This document shows, one piece after another, positions 1 to 13,660 of a stretch of 64,000 bases of DNA (its first letter is position 1; each line of letters starts with the position of its first letter). Location: NCBI RefSeq assembly GCF_030144855.1, contig NC_082710.1:25110001-25174000 (forward strand), in the 5' to 3' direction. A program made the position numbers and the translations under genes. The DNA is from Hypanus sabinus. Lineage: Eukaryota. The notes under the pieces are model-generated. The model was not told the origin of the DNA. It saw nothing but the letters and a program-made list of their open reading frames with translations, and made no database searches.

Positions 1-589
1 GATTCACTAGCAAGAATCTGTCAGCAGGTTCAGGCCTTTCAAACTTAGAAGCACAGGGGTGAAGTTTAAAACTTGCTTGCTTGTATATGGGGAAATTCTC
101 TTGGTTCACCATGAATTGTCATTTACCAGAAAGATTCAGCACTGTTTTTTTCTTTAATCTTGTTGGTTATGAAGGTACATTTTTGTTGATACCATTGACA
201 AAAATCGCAGTTGACCAATTACCTTGATTAAATTTTTATAGATTGTACATGTTAGCACTTAAGGAGCAAAATTAATTGAGGTAGAGTGTAACCATCCGGG
301 TAAATAATGACAGAAGATTCCTTGAAAAGATACTGTCTAGGATAAATCATGTAATGATGACTTCTTACATCTTTTTTTATAAATAAAAAGCAAGTAGTTT
401 TCAAAATGTACTGATTGGAAACATGTGAAGAAGCCATTGTTTATTAGTTTGTTCTTAATTCCATGTACACCTATGTTTTTTAAAATCAGTATCTAAACAT
501 GGGTCATTGAATGTATTTCCTTGCCGGATTCTGGCATTTTGTGTAGTTTTAATTCTTTACAGCACTGGCAATCAACAGATTGGGATTCC

Positions 590-800
590 CCCCCACCCCC
601 CGCTGCTGTAAGTAGTTTGTACATTCTGTCTGTGACCATGTAGGTTTCCTCCAGATGTTCTGGTTTCTTCCTACATTCCAAAAAATGAATGAGTTAGGGT
701 TAGTAATTTATGGGTATGTTGGCGCCAGAAGCATGGGTGACACTTGTGGACTGCTCCAAGTGTGTTTCGATGTGCCTGTGACAAATAAAGCTAATCTTTT
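590..800 (+). mobile_element. V-SINE/HE1-like SINE
   Basis: V-domain-like agtttgtacattct...gtgaccatgtaggtttcctccagatgttctggtttcttcctacattccaaa. Confidence 0.7.
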
Positions 801-1138
801 TATTTAACGAGATGTGTGTGGCACCCTAGAAAATACAAGATGCATCAAGCAACCCATTACCCAGCTTTTTCAGCTGTCTCTACTATATAACTACCCTATC
901 TTTCTATAGCTGATGAAAAGGATCCCTCTATTCACTTTCTATTAGTGTTTCCTTGTTTGGTTTTAAATAGCCTTTCAGACACCTCTTTTGCTTGTTATTA
1001 TTCGATTCAAATACCCAGGGACCAGACTGTGAAGTTGGAATACCAGTGTTCCACTTAGTACTTCAACAGAACAGCTGGCCTCACAAACCCACACTCTGTT
1101 CTGAATGTCAGAGGATGTTCTTGATATAGTTAGACATA

Positions 1139-1649
1139 CAGTACTGTGCAAAAGTCTTACGCACACTTACATATAGCTAGGATACCGAAGACTTTTGCAT
1201 AGGTATTTTTCCAATGTGGAGCAGAGAATGAGCTTGTAAATCTGGTGAGAGCAAACGATGTTGGGAATGGCCAGGTTAGAGCGCCACAGAAGGGGTGAGG
1301 GACAGATGGAAGGAGTGCCAGGAGTGGGGTTGGCGCAGGTGCACTCACTCAGCCCTGAAACACCGGGCAAGGTAATTCAATTCCAAACAATTTGTTTATC
1401 GATCAATACGGAACATTTCTCTGGTGCTTCCCACCCTCTCCCTTCCCTTTTCCCAAACATGATTCCCCTCTCCCTGCCCGCTTACCACTCTCAGTCCAGA
1501 ATAGAGACCCGTATCAGGTTTATCACCACTCAGTGTCATGAATTTTGTTTTGTTTGTTCTTGTGGCAGTAGTGCAATATATAGAATTAAAAAGTACTGTG
1601 CAAAAGTCTTAGGCACCCCAGCTGTATCTCAGACCTTTGCACGATGCTG
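1139..1649. mobile_element. Tc1-type MITE with a short TIR hairpin at each end
   Basis: TA-flanked. CAGTACTGTGCAAAAGTCTT at 1139 and ~1591, each followed within ~60 bp by an inverted copy (aagacttttgca ~1188; agacctttgcacgatgctg 1631-1649). Confidence 0.78.
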
Positions 1650-3444
1650 TATAATTCAATGCAATTGGATGAATTTCTGTAATATCACTCCACTAATTAC
1701 ATCATATCTCAGGAATCTTGGTTTCTAAGTTGTTCTATGTGAAATGTTGGGAGAGGATCTTGATTGCATGATTAACAGGGGTGATATAACTAACTTTCAC
1801 AAGGAATGTGAAACAAACTGCTGATTCACTCTTCCAAAAGTCAAGATCTACACCATCATTTTTATTACATTATTTCTGTGCTTAATTTTCAGTCAGAATT
1901 GGTTAATAGTACTGCAGTAGTGTTTATTTGTAAATATAATTTTGTTAGTAAATGACATTTGGCAGTTTGCCTCATAAAATTGGATGCTTTTCAGCTTCAG
2001 TGATAGTAGGTCTAAATGAGATTATATCTGCTCATCAGATGGCATAAATAGGGGTTTCAATCTTGGTACCCCTTATCACTTAATCAGATACCAAAGACAT
2101 GGAACTTAACGTATCTCAAAATAACTCTACAGCTTCTTAGCTGGTTTATTTTATCTCACAGTATCCAAAAAGTGATGAATACCATATGCTTCTCCACTTT
2201 ATCAAATTACCTCATTTGAATTAATCAGATTTTTAATACTCCTGCTGTTTAATCTTATACCTTCTCACACCTATAATGATCCTATGAAATAACTATCTCT
2301 ACCTTTTACTCTTCAGATACAGAAAACTAAAGATTCAAAGTTTCCAAATCCTTTCTGATGAAAAATATGGAAATGGTTTCTAAACATCTGCAGTACTTGC
2401 AGTTTTCATGGAGGGTCTTGGCCCAAAACATCAACTGTTCATTTCCCTCTGTAGGTGTTGCCTGGAGGTCACCTCCAACATTTTGTGTGTGTATGTGTTT
2501 CAGTACTTACCTATCAGCTGCCATTACATTCTCAACCAAGGGTAGTCCACCTTGAGAAATGCAATTGTTTAAAGTGGATGTGAAGGACTGAATCGGAGAG
2601 ATCGGTGCTTTGGAAGGGAGGACAACTTCCTCCAATCTAAACCAGCTATCCCTGTAAACTCTTCTATCTACACAATAATACACTTCTACAACCAACCAGA
2701 CATCAGTAGACCCCTGACCATCTAGAGTCAGGGACTTTGAACATCCATTTTCTTTTCTTGATGATGTATCTGCTCTTCATTTGAACCATCTGTTTGAAGG
2801 CCTGTTATTCATACAAGGTTCCTTAAAAATATATTGTAAAGTTTTAAATAGAAAGGTTTACATAACATTTCTGAAACAACTGGTGTTTTAATCATTACTG
2901 TTCCAAAGCAATATTTCAATGTTATTAAAGCTACAATATGTTACAATTTGAATTTCATATGCATGTCATTTTAGCTCTACCATGTGCCCTCTAACCTCCT
3001 ACCCTGCTCCAATAATAATATCAAACATAAAACTTGATGCTTAACAGTTCAGCCTCCACTGGGAGCTGATATCAAATTTAACACTTTCAGATAAACAACA
3101 TTTTCTTCTCTCAACAGATATTGCCAGCTTTTCAAGTTTCAATTTGTTCTCTTGTTGATAATTTTAAAGCAATTGTTATCTTGACAACTGCAACATTAAT
3201 TCTATCTCATATACTCCCCATTTCTACATGCGTAATTTTCCTACTTTTCAATTTTGATGAAGGGTTGTTGGCCTGAAATGGTGCCGTCATAACTCTGCCC
3301 ACAGACATTGCCCACCGTCTCCTATTTTGATTATATTATGAATTAAACTGGTGTAGCATGGTCAATAAAATGAAAATTATACTAATTACTGAGAATACTG
3401 AAAAGGAGTGTGTTTAATACTTCCAAATGTAAATGTAAAATATG

Positions 3445-3846
3445 CAAGAATGTAATGCTAAGGCTTTTTAAGGCATTAGCCAGGCAACACTAGGAGTATC
3501 GTGAGCAGGTTTGGGCCACTTATCTATGAAAAGATCTTCTGGCACTGGAGAGGGTCCAGAGGAAATTCATGAGAATGATTCCTGGAATGAAAGCATAAAC
3601 AGGTAGGAGCAAATGATAGCTCCCTGGGCACGTATTTGCAGGAGTTTAGAATGATGAGATGGCGGGGGGGGGGGGGGGGGGGGGGAGTGGATCTCAGAGG
3701 CTGATCAGTTCTAGATTAGTCAGGACATCAAAAGTTACAGAAGGCAGGAGAATGAGGTTCAGAAGGGTAATAAATCAGCCATGATGGAATGTCAGAGCAG
3801 ACTTGATGGGCTGAAGACTTAATTCCACTTCTATATCTTATGGTCT
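3445..3846 (+). mobile_element. Degenerate CR1 3' fragment
   Basis: gtaatgctaaggctttttaaggcatt...gagagggtccagagg...aatcagccatgatggaatg...tcttatggtct tail. Confidence 0.75.
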
Positions 3847-6049
3847 AAATGTAAATATCAGGGCCGGGGGAAAGGGGGGGGGGGGGGGGGGAGGGTGCAC
3901 AATGACCTGAAACGGCATTAAGTTTGAGATAGGGAGATTACTTGAGTTAAATTACTCATCATTGTATCTGCAAGATATATCAAAACAGAATATTGATTAA
4001 TCATCACTAATACTAATGAGAAACAATTATCAAAAGTCCTTGGGGATAGAAAACAGGAGTTGAAACATCCAAAGGGTTTCATCATTGGAACAAGGTCATC
4101 AGTGACAAATCACAAGACTGGTTATGAGAAGGTCCCAACTCAAGGAGTAGCTTAGTCTGTCAAGAGGAGGAACTGGTCTGAACACATGGTTCAGTTGTAC
4201 TGTTGACTCAACGGTTAATATAGCATCATATCACCATACAAGATAATCCAAATGTACAAAATATAAATGAGAGCATAACCAGCAGTAAGGGAGGCTGCAG
4301 TTAGGCTACACCTGGAATTCTGCACAATTTCATTTCCCTTAATGGAAACATCAGCATTTGAGGCAGTCCAGAAAAAAAATCAATGGGCTAATTTCTGAGA
4401 CAAGATTGTTATCTTATCATGAATTGAAGTAACTGGACTTGCATTCTTTGAAATCAAGAATGAGGGATGATCTTGTTGAAATATTTCAGGTCCTAGTATG
4501 CATTGCAGTACAGATGTTGAAAGTTTGGGCAAATAGTGGGGGAAGTTTCGAAAATGAGGACATATGTAAAAGTGGCTGATCACTTAAAACTGTAGTGCAT
4601 TGGAATGTCTTCCAGAGGGTGGTATTCTCAGGAATTCCCTCTCAAGAGCTGCAGAGACTAAATCATTAAAATTAAAGATGTAAATCATCTTTAATCCTGA
4701 GGCACTGCCCAAAAAGAGACTGCCTTCTGCTAGATAGTTATAGCCACAGGATCCTCTGCTCCTTCTGCTTTACATCTGCACATAACTTTTGAGTATTGGT
4801 AAGAACAATTGGCCGCTGACTTTTTCCCTCTCCAGTCTAATCAACCCGCAGTTGTTAAGATTACGGTAAACCTCTTGCTTTGATCTCTGCAAATTCACTA
4901 CCATCTCAAATTGTTCTTAGTCCTGTTTGACCTGCAAATCCTATCATCCTTTCCATCACAGAGCAAGAAAACCTGCTTTCACAATTAGATCCTCTCTCAG
5001 CTTGTGGGCATGCTATGTTGGCACTGGAATGAGCAGCGACACTCGCAGCCTGCCACCAGCACCTCCATGGGTACGTACTGTGTTAACAAACAACATTTCA
5101 CTATGTTTTGATATACATGTGATTAAGGAATCTGAATCTAATATGCACATATTCATAATACACTGCTCTACTATCTCCATGTGTTTTTTTTTCTGGATAA
5201 TTTCCTTTCCTACAATTCATTAACCTAGTATCTCCCATTTAAAATGTTTGTTCACAAGTTCATATACTTTTATCATTTTGTCTGATGTCATAATTTTGAA
5301 TAGACCACATCCTCAACATGTAGGAAGTGTGCCCTCTCACTCCTTGCTCCCTTTGATGCCTATTCAGCTTTCCTTTGACCAAGTCTGAAATCTTCTTTCT
5401 AGATCTCAGTACCCCTCTTCCATCAGAGTCCTTTTGAAAATCAACCATGTACCTAGCTTTTGGTAACCTGCTCAACTCTGAGAAGTATAGAGAACTTGAG
5501 AAATGCAATTTGTCCAGTCTTGTGTGGAAAGTATTTAAACATTGCCTTGTTCTCTATAGCAGTTAGTCTTTGGTCATATTGTCTCAAATTGATTAACTTT
5601 TCATATAGTAGGAACTCTTAACGAAAATCTTGTTGTGGTTTCATATCTTCCAGTGGGGCAACCCATAATTTTCATTGTCTATGAAATCCAGGAAAAGCAC
5701 TGAGAACCAGACACTTACCTTTTTGAGCTCACTGATTCTAAGTTGTGTGTACAAGTTTTAGATGCAAATGGGACCAAGAGCAGACAACAGGTTTCACATA
5801 GCCACAGCAAAAGTACATTCACCATTCAAAAGAAAACCCTGCTCCAAGGAAGCTAGGAACAGACAATAAAGATGAGCCGGGCCATCTTTATCATTTATAT
5901 CTGTTGAGAACACAGATACAAATGTCAGTATGTGATACAAATAATTTTTATATATTAAAATACTGAATTTAAAATATTCTCATTAACCTACAGGATCTGT
6001 TCATACAAGTGCATGAATTAAAATGCAAGGACCATACTGAAGAACACAT

Positions 6050-8387
6050 TTTCAGAGATAGCAATCTATTCCCTTTATTGCTAAATTTCAAATTTTTGCT
6101 ATGGTTGATATACAAGCACACTTCTTATGAAAGGAAATGTTTCCCCAGCTGACTATATAACTAGTTTTTATGTTGATGCTAATATTTAATCAATGCAAAT
6201 GATGATTTAGGAAATAACAAAAAGGGGGGAAAGATCAAATAAATTGGTACAGCATGTTACCAATTAGAGGATGAAGAGACAAACATAGAATGAAGTAAAT
6301 CTCTCTTTTCCAATTAAAATATACACTAGAACGAAGAGATTTAGATGTGTGTTATTCAAAAAGTAGCTTTGACTCCATTCTACATGCTAGAGACTGGATT
6401 TTGCATTTCAGCAAGATAATAATCAAAGCAGAAATGTTTCTTATTCAAAGTACAATTCAGGGCTAACCACGTGTTATACATTTCATAGGATATTTATTTG
6501 TATTTTAAATTTTAAAATTTTAAACCTAATTGTGTGCAGATTAAGAAAAGTCTGACACTTATCAACTCAATACATGTGAGTTTTCATTTATTTTTGTCTT
6601 GCATTACAATTCTAAACAACTTACAATAAATTCACTTGTATGTTTAAATTTTTTTTTAGAACTGGAGTCAGATGCACATATTTTCATTGTCCAAATTCTG
6701 AGTCTGTTTCGTACATTTACCAATAAACTTACAATACAGGTTTACATTCTGAGATCTGAAAATTGAGTGAAGAATTTAGTCAGGGGTCCTTTTGGTTAGT
6801 GGTTTAAGCTACAAGATTTAATGCAAACAATGGTTATCAATACAATGTCTCGTACTTCAATAATTTATGCATTTGTAACAAATCCTGTGTTTTCATCCAT
6901 ACAAAGTAAAACTAAGTTCTCATTGCTTCAGCATTTACAGTGCAATGTGAACATTTTTTATTAAATTGAACAGACTACGATGTTTAACACAAGAATTTAA
7001 CCTAAGTATATATTTTAAACAGTTACTATTCAATTAGAAGTACTGATCTGGTTTGTAATTCTGGCAAATGTACTGCCACAATAGGTCAATAGGTGAGCTT
7101 GCACAATTTATAGCATACAGATGTCCATAGGTATAGTCAAACTGGATGAATAATGTGCAAGAAAAATTCTATTAAATTAACCAAATGAGGAATCACATAG
7201 CTGTCAGGTATTGTGAGATTCCAAAAGACAAAATCAAATCAGTGCACCAAACTTACAAGAAAAAAAAGACAAAACCTAATTAAAGCTCTTGGTTGCCCAA
7301 TTAAAACAAGGCTATTTATCATAGACCTGCCACCAGTTAGTGAAACCATCAATACTTCTGTAATTGATTTAGTTAATTTTGTTTTCTGGCCTTTATAAGA
7401 CCTGTGTTTTCTTTTAAAGATGTGACTTAAAGTTTCACTACCACTGAACCAATGTGAAACTTGTCACAAACAATTTACTGTTATCCCCTTTACAAAAAAA
7501 AACAAAAAAATTTACACCCTGGTATATGTAATAGTCCCAAATTTCACTTTTAATCCTTACAGCTTTGATTTACTCAACACCTGGCAATTTCATATGAGAC
7601 ATAGACAAAGCAAATGAGTTTTCACAAAGCAAAAGCAGTAACTGGAAAGTTTATTATAAAATAATTTCTTCCCTCAACTTCTTTTTCAAGTCACCAACCT
7701 TTTATAGATGGCTGTTCCATTGAAAATATAGTTACATTTGAAAACTTAAAGGGCAGCTTAATAGTTTACATGATGTAACCTGACTAGATTTCAAAATACT
7801 GTCATGTCGCATACCCAATGAAAAAAAGTACAAAAAATTGCTTCTCAATGCAAAGAAAAGCAAGTTTAAGAAATGCCATAGTATTTCCACTGTTACATCA
7901 CAAACCAAATCACATGAAAAATCAATTAAATTGCAGTTGGTAGTTTAAGATCTCAAACAGTTTTTGCCTAACAGATTGCAGCTGTGATAATTGATCCTCT
8001 CTAAACTTTATATTAGCTAGGATGTTTTGAAAACTCCACAAATCATAATTTCACAAAATTGATTTCAAGGGGATCTGACACATTACTTCACTACGCTCCA
8101 GATGTGTGAACAATGAATCACTAATCCGAACAAAGTTTAATGTCAATGGCTTTGCCATCTAGTGGACACAACCAGTGATGTCTGTAACTGTTAGACATCC
8201 GGCTAATTAAGCTGCAGTAGCATTACAATATTTCAGTCAGAATACTTACTCTAGTGAACAGTCCAAAGTGAAGAGAAAATCATTTCAATAAGGAATTAAA
8301 TCTTAACAGCAATTCTGGACCTAGTAATCAAACAAGTCAGTGAACCAATAACTTTTGGGTACTGCAAATGTGCCTCGTGGCTACCCG
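6050..8387 (-). other. TMED7: TMED7 3' UTR (end uncertain; several AATAAA candidates)
   Basis: AT-rich, repeat-free stretch after the stop codon. Minus-strand AATAAA (plus TTTATT) at 7650, 6957, 6587, 6493 and 6074. Confidence 0.6.
8153..8165 (-). promoter_or_regulatory. CTCF-like motif in TMED7 3' UTR
   Basis: Minus strand reads CCACTAGATGGCA, matching the core consensus. Confidence 0.45.
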
Positions 8388-8618
8388 TTATGAACGCGAG
8401 TAAGTGCTTCTTTTATCTGAGAAGAAGCTCCTGAGGAGAACCACTTGCCCAAGACTCACAACCAACAAGATGAGAGCTTCTCCTATGGACCAAAAAGCAA
8501 CTCTTGAATTCAGGTCCTCAGCACGACTTCGCCCCTGTGCTTCCCGTAGGCGGAAATGGGTTTGATAATCAATGACCGATTTCATGGCTTCATGCATCGT
8601 GACACAAGCAGACTCCAT
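8388..8618 (-). CDS. TMED7: TMED7 coding exon 3 (coiled coil, TM helix, FF-motif cytosolic tail)
   Basis: Acceptor aaatcag|, then [76 protein letters not shown]. Spliced product is 209 aa. Confidence 0.97.
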   Translation of the reverse strand: MESACVTMHEAMKSVIDYQTHFRLREAQGRSRAEDLNSRVAFWSIGEALILLVVSLGQVVLLRSFFSDKRSTYSRS

Positions 8619-9304
8619 CTGATTTATCATTGAAAGGACAAATATTTTGAAATGTTAATTCCAATGTAATTAACACGCAGCAAATTTTATCAAATACATC
8701 ATTTCAATCTTCAGATTCCTGAAGTAACGCTCACATGAAAAAGTAGTAAAGGCAATGCACTAAGCTTATCCATTTTCATGGTCACAAACAGTAGCAAAAT
8801 GTAAATATGATAGATGTGAACAATAGTATTTTTTTCTAATATTTATAATTAGTAATTAAAATGAAAGCATTTTGGTAGGGCAATTAGTGCTACTACCCTC
8901 TTCCTCAGAACTCTAGTAACCCCAATCTGATCCTAACATCTAATGATCCTCCCTGGGCCATAGGGGCTTCTATTTCTTCCCAGATCCCATCGATGAACTG
9001 ATGCGTTAACCTGATGTAGGCAATTGGCATGTAAAACAGAACAAGGTACAAGCGAAAAGACAGAAGAATGGTACTGTTGCGCTGAAAGCTGGTATACTCA
9101 ATGGGCTGAATGGCCTCCTTGTTCTATGCTGAGTACGTACACGTCAGTTCCATATGATCTCAGCAGTATTTGAAGTTGTTTTCACCAAATTTTATCTCCC
9201 CTGCTCAGAGGGCTTTGACTGTATATTATTCAGGAGGTTGCAGGGAATTACTGTTAAGTATAAACAAACTTTTCATTACAGCTGAACCACTGGGCAAGAA
9301 CATA

Positions 9305-10401
9305 CACTTAGTGGCCACTTCATTCGAGAGCCTGATGCATTAAAACAAATTCTGCCCAATGGGAAACACTTACTTTCCTCAGGCCATTAGACTTCTGAAC
9401 TCCCTGCCACATTGCATTCGAAGTGTCAACTGTTAATTTGTTCTGTACCTTACAGTATTTATGCACTTCTATAGTTTTGCATAATTCATTTGTAGATTAT
9501 ATTCTTACTTTTCTAAGTTATGGTTTTATGTGTACTTCTGTGCTGAACATTTCTCCGGACCAGAGTGTAGTCTCATTTGGCGGTAAACATGTATATATTT
9601 AAAAGACAATAAACTTGGCTTGACTTGGTCCTCTGTACCTAATAAAGCAGCCTCTGAGTATATGTCTGTGGTTTTTATTTACTTATTGAAACACAACACA
9701 GAATAAGCCTTTCGGGCCCTTGGAACCGTGCTGCACCCCAATATAACCCAGGCCTAATCACATGACAATTTACAATGACTGAATAACCAATACATCTTTG
9801 GACTGTGTGAGGAAACTGGAGCACCCAGAGGAGACCCATGTGGCCATGGGGAGAACGTACGACCTCCTTACAGGCAGTGGTGGGAACTGAACCCCGGTCG
9901 CTGCTGGTGTAAAGTGTTGTGCTAACCAAACACTACACTATCATGCCTTCTGCTGCAGCAGCTATCCACTTCAAGGTTTGATGTGTTGTGTGTTCAGAGA
10001 TGCTCTTCTGCACACCGATGTTGTAACATGTGGTTATTTGAGTTACTGTCACCTTCCTGTCAGCTTGAAATATTCTGGCCATTTTCCTCTGAGCTCTTTC
10101 ATTAATAAAGTGTTTTTGTCCACCAAACTGCTGCTCACTAGATGCTTTTGTCTTGTTTTTCACCATTCTCTGTAAATTCTAGTGACTGTTATGCATGAAA
10201 ATTCCAGAAGATCAGCAGTTTGAGATACTCAAACCACCCCATCTGACACTTAATTACTTTTGTTCTCCATTCTGGTGTTCGGTCTGAAAAATAATTGCAT
10301 CTCTTGACCATATTTGCATGTTTTTATGCATTGAGTTGCTGCCACGATTGGCTGATTAGATATCTGTGTTAACGAGCAGATGTACAAATGGCCACTGAGG
10401 G
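9305..10401 (-). mobile_element. Deleted Tc1 transposon in TMED7 intron 2, interrupted by a LINE tail and a SINE
   Basis: TA-flanked TIRs cacttagtggccact / tggccactgaggg. Tc1 HTH-like ORF remnant (9933-10166: ERAQRKMARIFQADRKVTVTQITTCYN...SISEHTTHQTLKW). Extra internal TIR at ~9635-9660. Confidence 0.8.
9675..9940 (-). mobile_element. V-SINE/HE1-like SINE
   Basis: tRNA-like head (gtagtg...ggttagcac...ggggttcagttccc) plus V domain on the minus strand. Confidence 0.78.
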
Positions 10402-11054
10402 TACACATAACATTCCCAGCAGATAATGCAGAGCATTCCCACAGGTAAAATAAATTGAGAAACGAAGCTTCCAATTTTAACTTTACATGATAACCTTACC
10501 AATTCAAAAAGAGTGCAAGTATTACAGCTAACAATTCTAGTATTCCCATTCTAGAATTATTTCTCAGCTAACTTATTTCTTATTTTTGTCCCATTCCCTT
10601 TACCTTGTACCACAATTCTTCTAATCATTAACATTCCCTTCCTCTACATCTTAAAAATGTTCTCCATCTCTTTCCCCAATCCAATGAAAAGTCGTTGACC
10701 TTAAATCAACATGTCTGCTTCGTGTTCTTTAAATAATGCATTAAACGAATAGATTGCTTCTCACCCTTTTTCTGCTAAACTTTCTGGTATCTAGGAAATC
10801 AAGGGAATATGAATTCAAAATAGAAGCTCTGTTAAAGCTAAAACACAAGTCACTTTTCATAAGAGAAAAAGATCTCATTGACCAACGTCACCTGAAAGAG
10901 GATTACTCGGCGTCTGGAGGCAGATACGAGTTCCAACTTCTAATTAGTACATTAAAATTTCAACTTAACCAAACTCAACTAGAGGTTGAAAGTTACCCTT
11001 AGGATTTTATCAGGGAAGGTAAATTCTTAGAGGAGCAGTATTGGCTTAGATTGA

Positions 11055-11265
11055 ATGCATAAAAACATTCAGATATGGTCAAGAGTTTCAACTATTTTTC
11101 AGACCAAACACGAGAATGGAGAACAAAAGTAATTAAGTGCCAGATGGGGTGGTTTGTATCTCAAACTGCTGACTTCCTGGGATTTTCATGCATAACGGTC
11201 TCTAGATTTACAGAGAATGGTGAAAAACAAAACAAAAACATCTAGCGTGCAGCAGTTCTGTGGAA
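11055..11265 (+). mobile_element. Tc1 fragment, same family, inverted relative to 10140-10340
   Basis: cagaccaaacacgagaatggagaacaaaagtaattaagtgccagatggggtggttt...tctcaaactgctga is the near reverse complement of 10210-10290. Confidence 0.8.
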
Positions 11266-11437
11266 CAGGTCGAAGTAGATCATTCAATTTGCTGAGTCAA
11301 AGTTTCAAAATTTTTATTTCCAAAATTTTAATCTATGAATATTTTTGTATCTAGTAAATCAAGTTGAAAGCACTAAACATCACTGTATTGAACCTAATAA
11401 ATTGACTAAGTACCCAACAAAAATCCCATTTTCATAC

Positions 11438-11683
11438 CTGAGTCAGTGGTGCCATCTTGTTTTCATTGGGGAACAAGGGAGAGTCATCCCCAACTTGGAA
11501 ATCAAAGTACACGGTTTTGTGTGTGAAAGTGGAAAATTCATTGCTGAAACAGAACTTATAAGTTCCATTTTTTGAAGCTGTGAATGTGAAACTATCATAT
11601 TGTTTCTTCATCTCCTTGTACAAAACAGCACCATCAGCATCTTCTAACCGACAGTCTACATCATAATGGCCACCAGTGATGAC
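11438..11683 (-). CDS. TMED7: TMED7 coding exon 2 (GOLD domain)
   Basis: Acceptor ttaacag|, then [82 protein letters not shown], then donor CAG|GTATGA; 246 nt, in frame. Confidence 0.97.
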
Positions 11684-11844
11684 CTGTTAATTTAGATCAA
11701 GATTGGTTAGGCAAGGTCAAAGGTTAGCAACACAAAATAATATATTTCCATAAAAAAAAAAAAATTCAGTGACAGGTTAAATTTCAGCTTCAGTTAACAA
11801 TTTCTGTTAAGCCAGATTACTATACAACTAAATGCAAAATCAAA

Positions 11845-11965
11845 ACTCTGGAGATACTGGAAGTCTGAAAATAAAAACAAATGCTGGAGAGATTCACTAA
11901 GTCAGGTAAACCAGCACAAAGATAAACTGAGTGTTTCGGGTTGAATGCTTTGTCAGAATCGGGAA
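11845..11965 (-). mobile_element. Old Penelope-like terminal repeat
   Basis: gatactggaagtctgaaaataaaaacaaatgctggag...gtttcgggttgaatgctttgtcagaa. Confidence 0.6.
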
Positions 11966-12534
11966 AGGGACTGCCCAATTATGAGTGATATATATGGTAA
12001 TGGAAATACCAGAGTCTAAAGATACTGATGTGCTGTCTGATACAAAAATTGGGAAATGTTCCACATCTGTACCAGCTACAAACACAACAAAATGGCCAAT
12101 TCTAAAGTGTCATGCAAATACACAGGGACTGAAGTAAGCTCATGTCCCACAAAGTGGATCATCTCAATCTTCGTCACATGTAAAACACTTAAAATTTGTG
12201 CACTAAATTTCAAAGATGTGACAATAAAGGAATAATAACCTGCATATTAAGCCAAAGAAAAACTTAACGGAAAGTGCCTTATTGCTGCCTGCTGCTTGAT
12301 AAACAATGAAAAGACCCGAGATGCTTCAAGATCTTTCATATACGTTGACTGGTTAAGAATTCAGTTAGCTAAAAGCCGTAACCAAAACCATCACATTTAT
12401 GTTGAAGTATGGTCTTATTTCTCAATTCCACTATGGTACAAATCTGGTGAACAAGAGTTGCTTCATTTTCTAAAGGCTGTGATTCAATTATAATAATATT
12501 CTTTGTGTCAAATTTCAGCTGACAACATAAAAGG

Positions 12535-12672
12535 CACAAATGAGAAATTCTGCAGACGCTGGAAATCCAGGCAACACACACAAAATGCTGGAGAAACTCA
12601 GCAGGCCAGGCAGCAACCCTGGAAGAGAGTACAGTTGATGTTTTAGGCTGAGATCCTTCAGCAGGACTGAAG
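12535..12672 (-). mobile_element. Penelope-like terminal repeat (solo)
   Basis: tctgcagacgctggaaatcc...acacacaaaatgctggagaaactcagcaggccaggcagca...ccttcagcaggactg; degenerate hammerhead. Confidence 0.8.
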
Positions 12673-13097
12673 AAAAAATTTTTTAAAAAAAATAAAAGGC
12701 ACCTTGTCTCTTCAGAATGAATTTTGTAAATTTCCCCCGTACACAAGTAGCTAATATTCACAATAAAAAGGATTTGATTAGTAATCTAAATGTGCATTTA
12801 ATAGCAGAATGTAAATTCTACTGTGAGTAAGGGATAACATCAATACAGTGGCTGGAATGATCTTTGCTCTGCAGAACTGATTGATATTTCCTCCTTAGGT
12901 GAGACAACCCAACAAATTTAGATTTACTTTCCAACCAACCCCCTCCCTTGCTTATTCCCTATAACTCTTAACATATCCATCAACCATCCCTAATAATCTT
13001 ACCAGCCATATACAATAGAGGTCATTTGCAGTCACCTAATCACACATCTTTGGGAAGTGGGAAACAAAAGCATCCAAGAAAAACATGTAGTTACAGA

Positions 13098-13660
13098 GCA
13101 AACACGAGGAAATCTGCAGATGCTGGAAATTCAAACAACACACACAAAATGCTGGTGGAACGCAGTAGGCCAGGCAGCATCTATAGGGAGAAGCGCTGTC
13201 GACGTTTTGGGCCGAGACCCTTCGTCAGGACTAACTGAAAGGAGAGATACTAAGAGATTTGAAAGTAGTGGGGGGAGGTGGAAAATGCGAAATGATAGAA
13301 GACCAGAGGGGGTGGGATGAAACGAACAGCTGGAAAGCTGATTGCTAAAAGTGATACCGAGCTGAAGAAGGGAAAGGATCATGGGACGGGAGGCCGGAAG
13401 AAAGAAAGGGGGAGGGGGGAGCACCAGAGAGAGATGGGGAGGGAGGGGGAGGGGGAGAGGGAGAGAGAAACAAAGAACTAAATATGAGGGATGGGGTAAG
13501 AAGGGGAGGAGGGACATCAACAGAAGTTAGAGAAGTCAATGTTCATGCCATCAGGTTGGAGGCTACCCAGCCGGTACATAAGGTATTGTTCCTCCAACCT
13601 AAGTATGGATTCAGCTTGACAGTAGAGGAGACCATGGATAGACATATCAGAATGGGAATT
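13098..13660 (-). mobile_element. Penelope-like element 3' part (GIY-YIG C-terminus plus hammerhead-bearing terminal repeat)
   Basis: Minus strand encodes LRLEEQYLMYRLGSLQPDGMNIDFSNF, followed by a pyrimidine-rich tract and CTGACGAAGGGTCTCGGCCCAAAACGTCGAC. Confidence 0.85.

Noticed and set aside
1-6000. TICAM2 coding sequence downstream of TMED7
   Set aside because: No TIR-domain-like translation is visible in the ORF track or in the exon-like blocks translated by hand.
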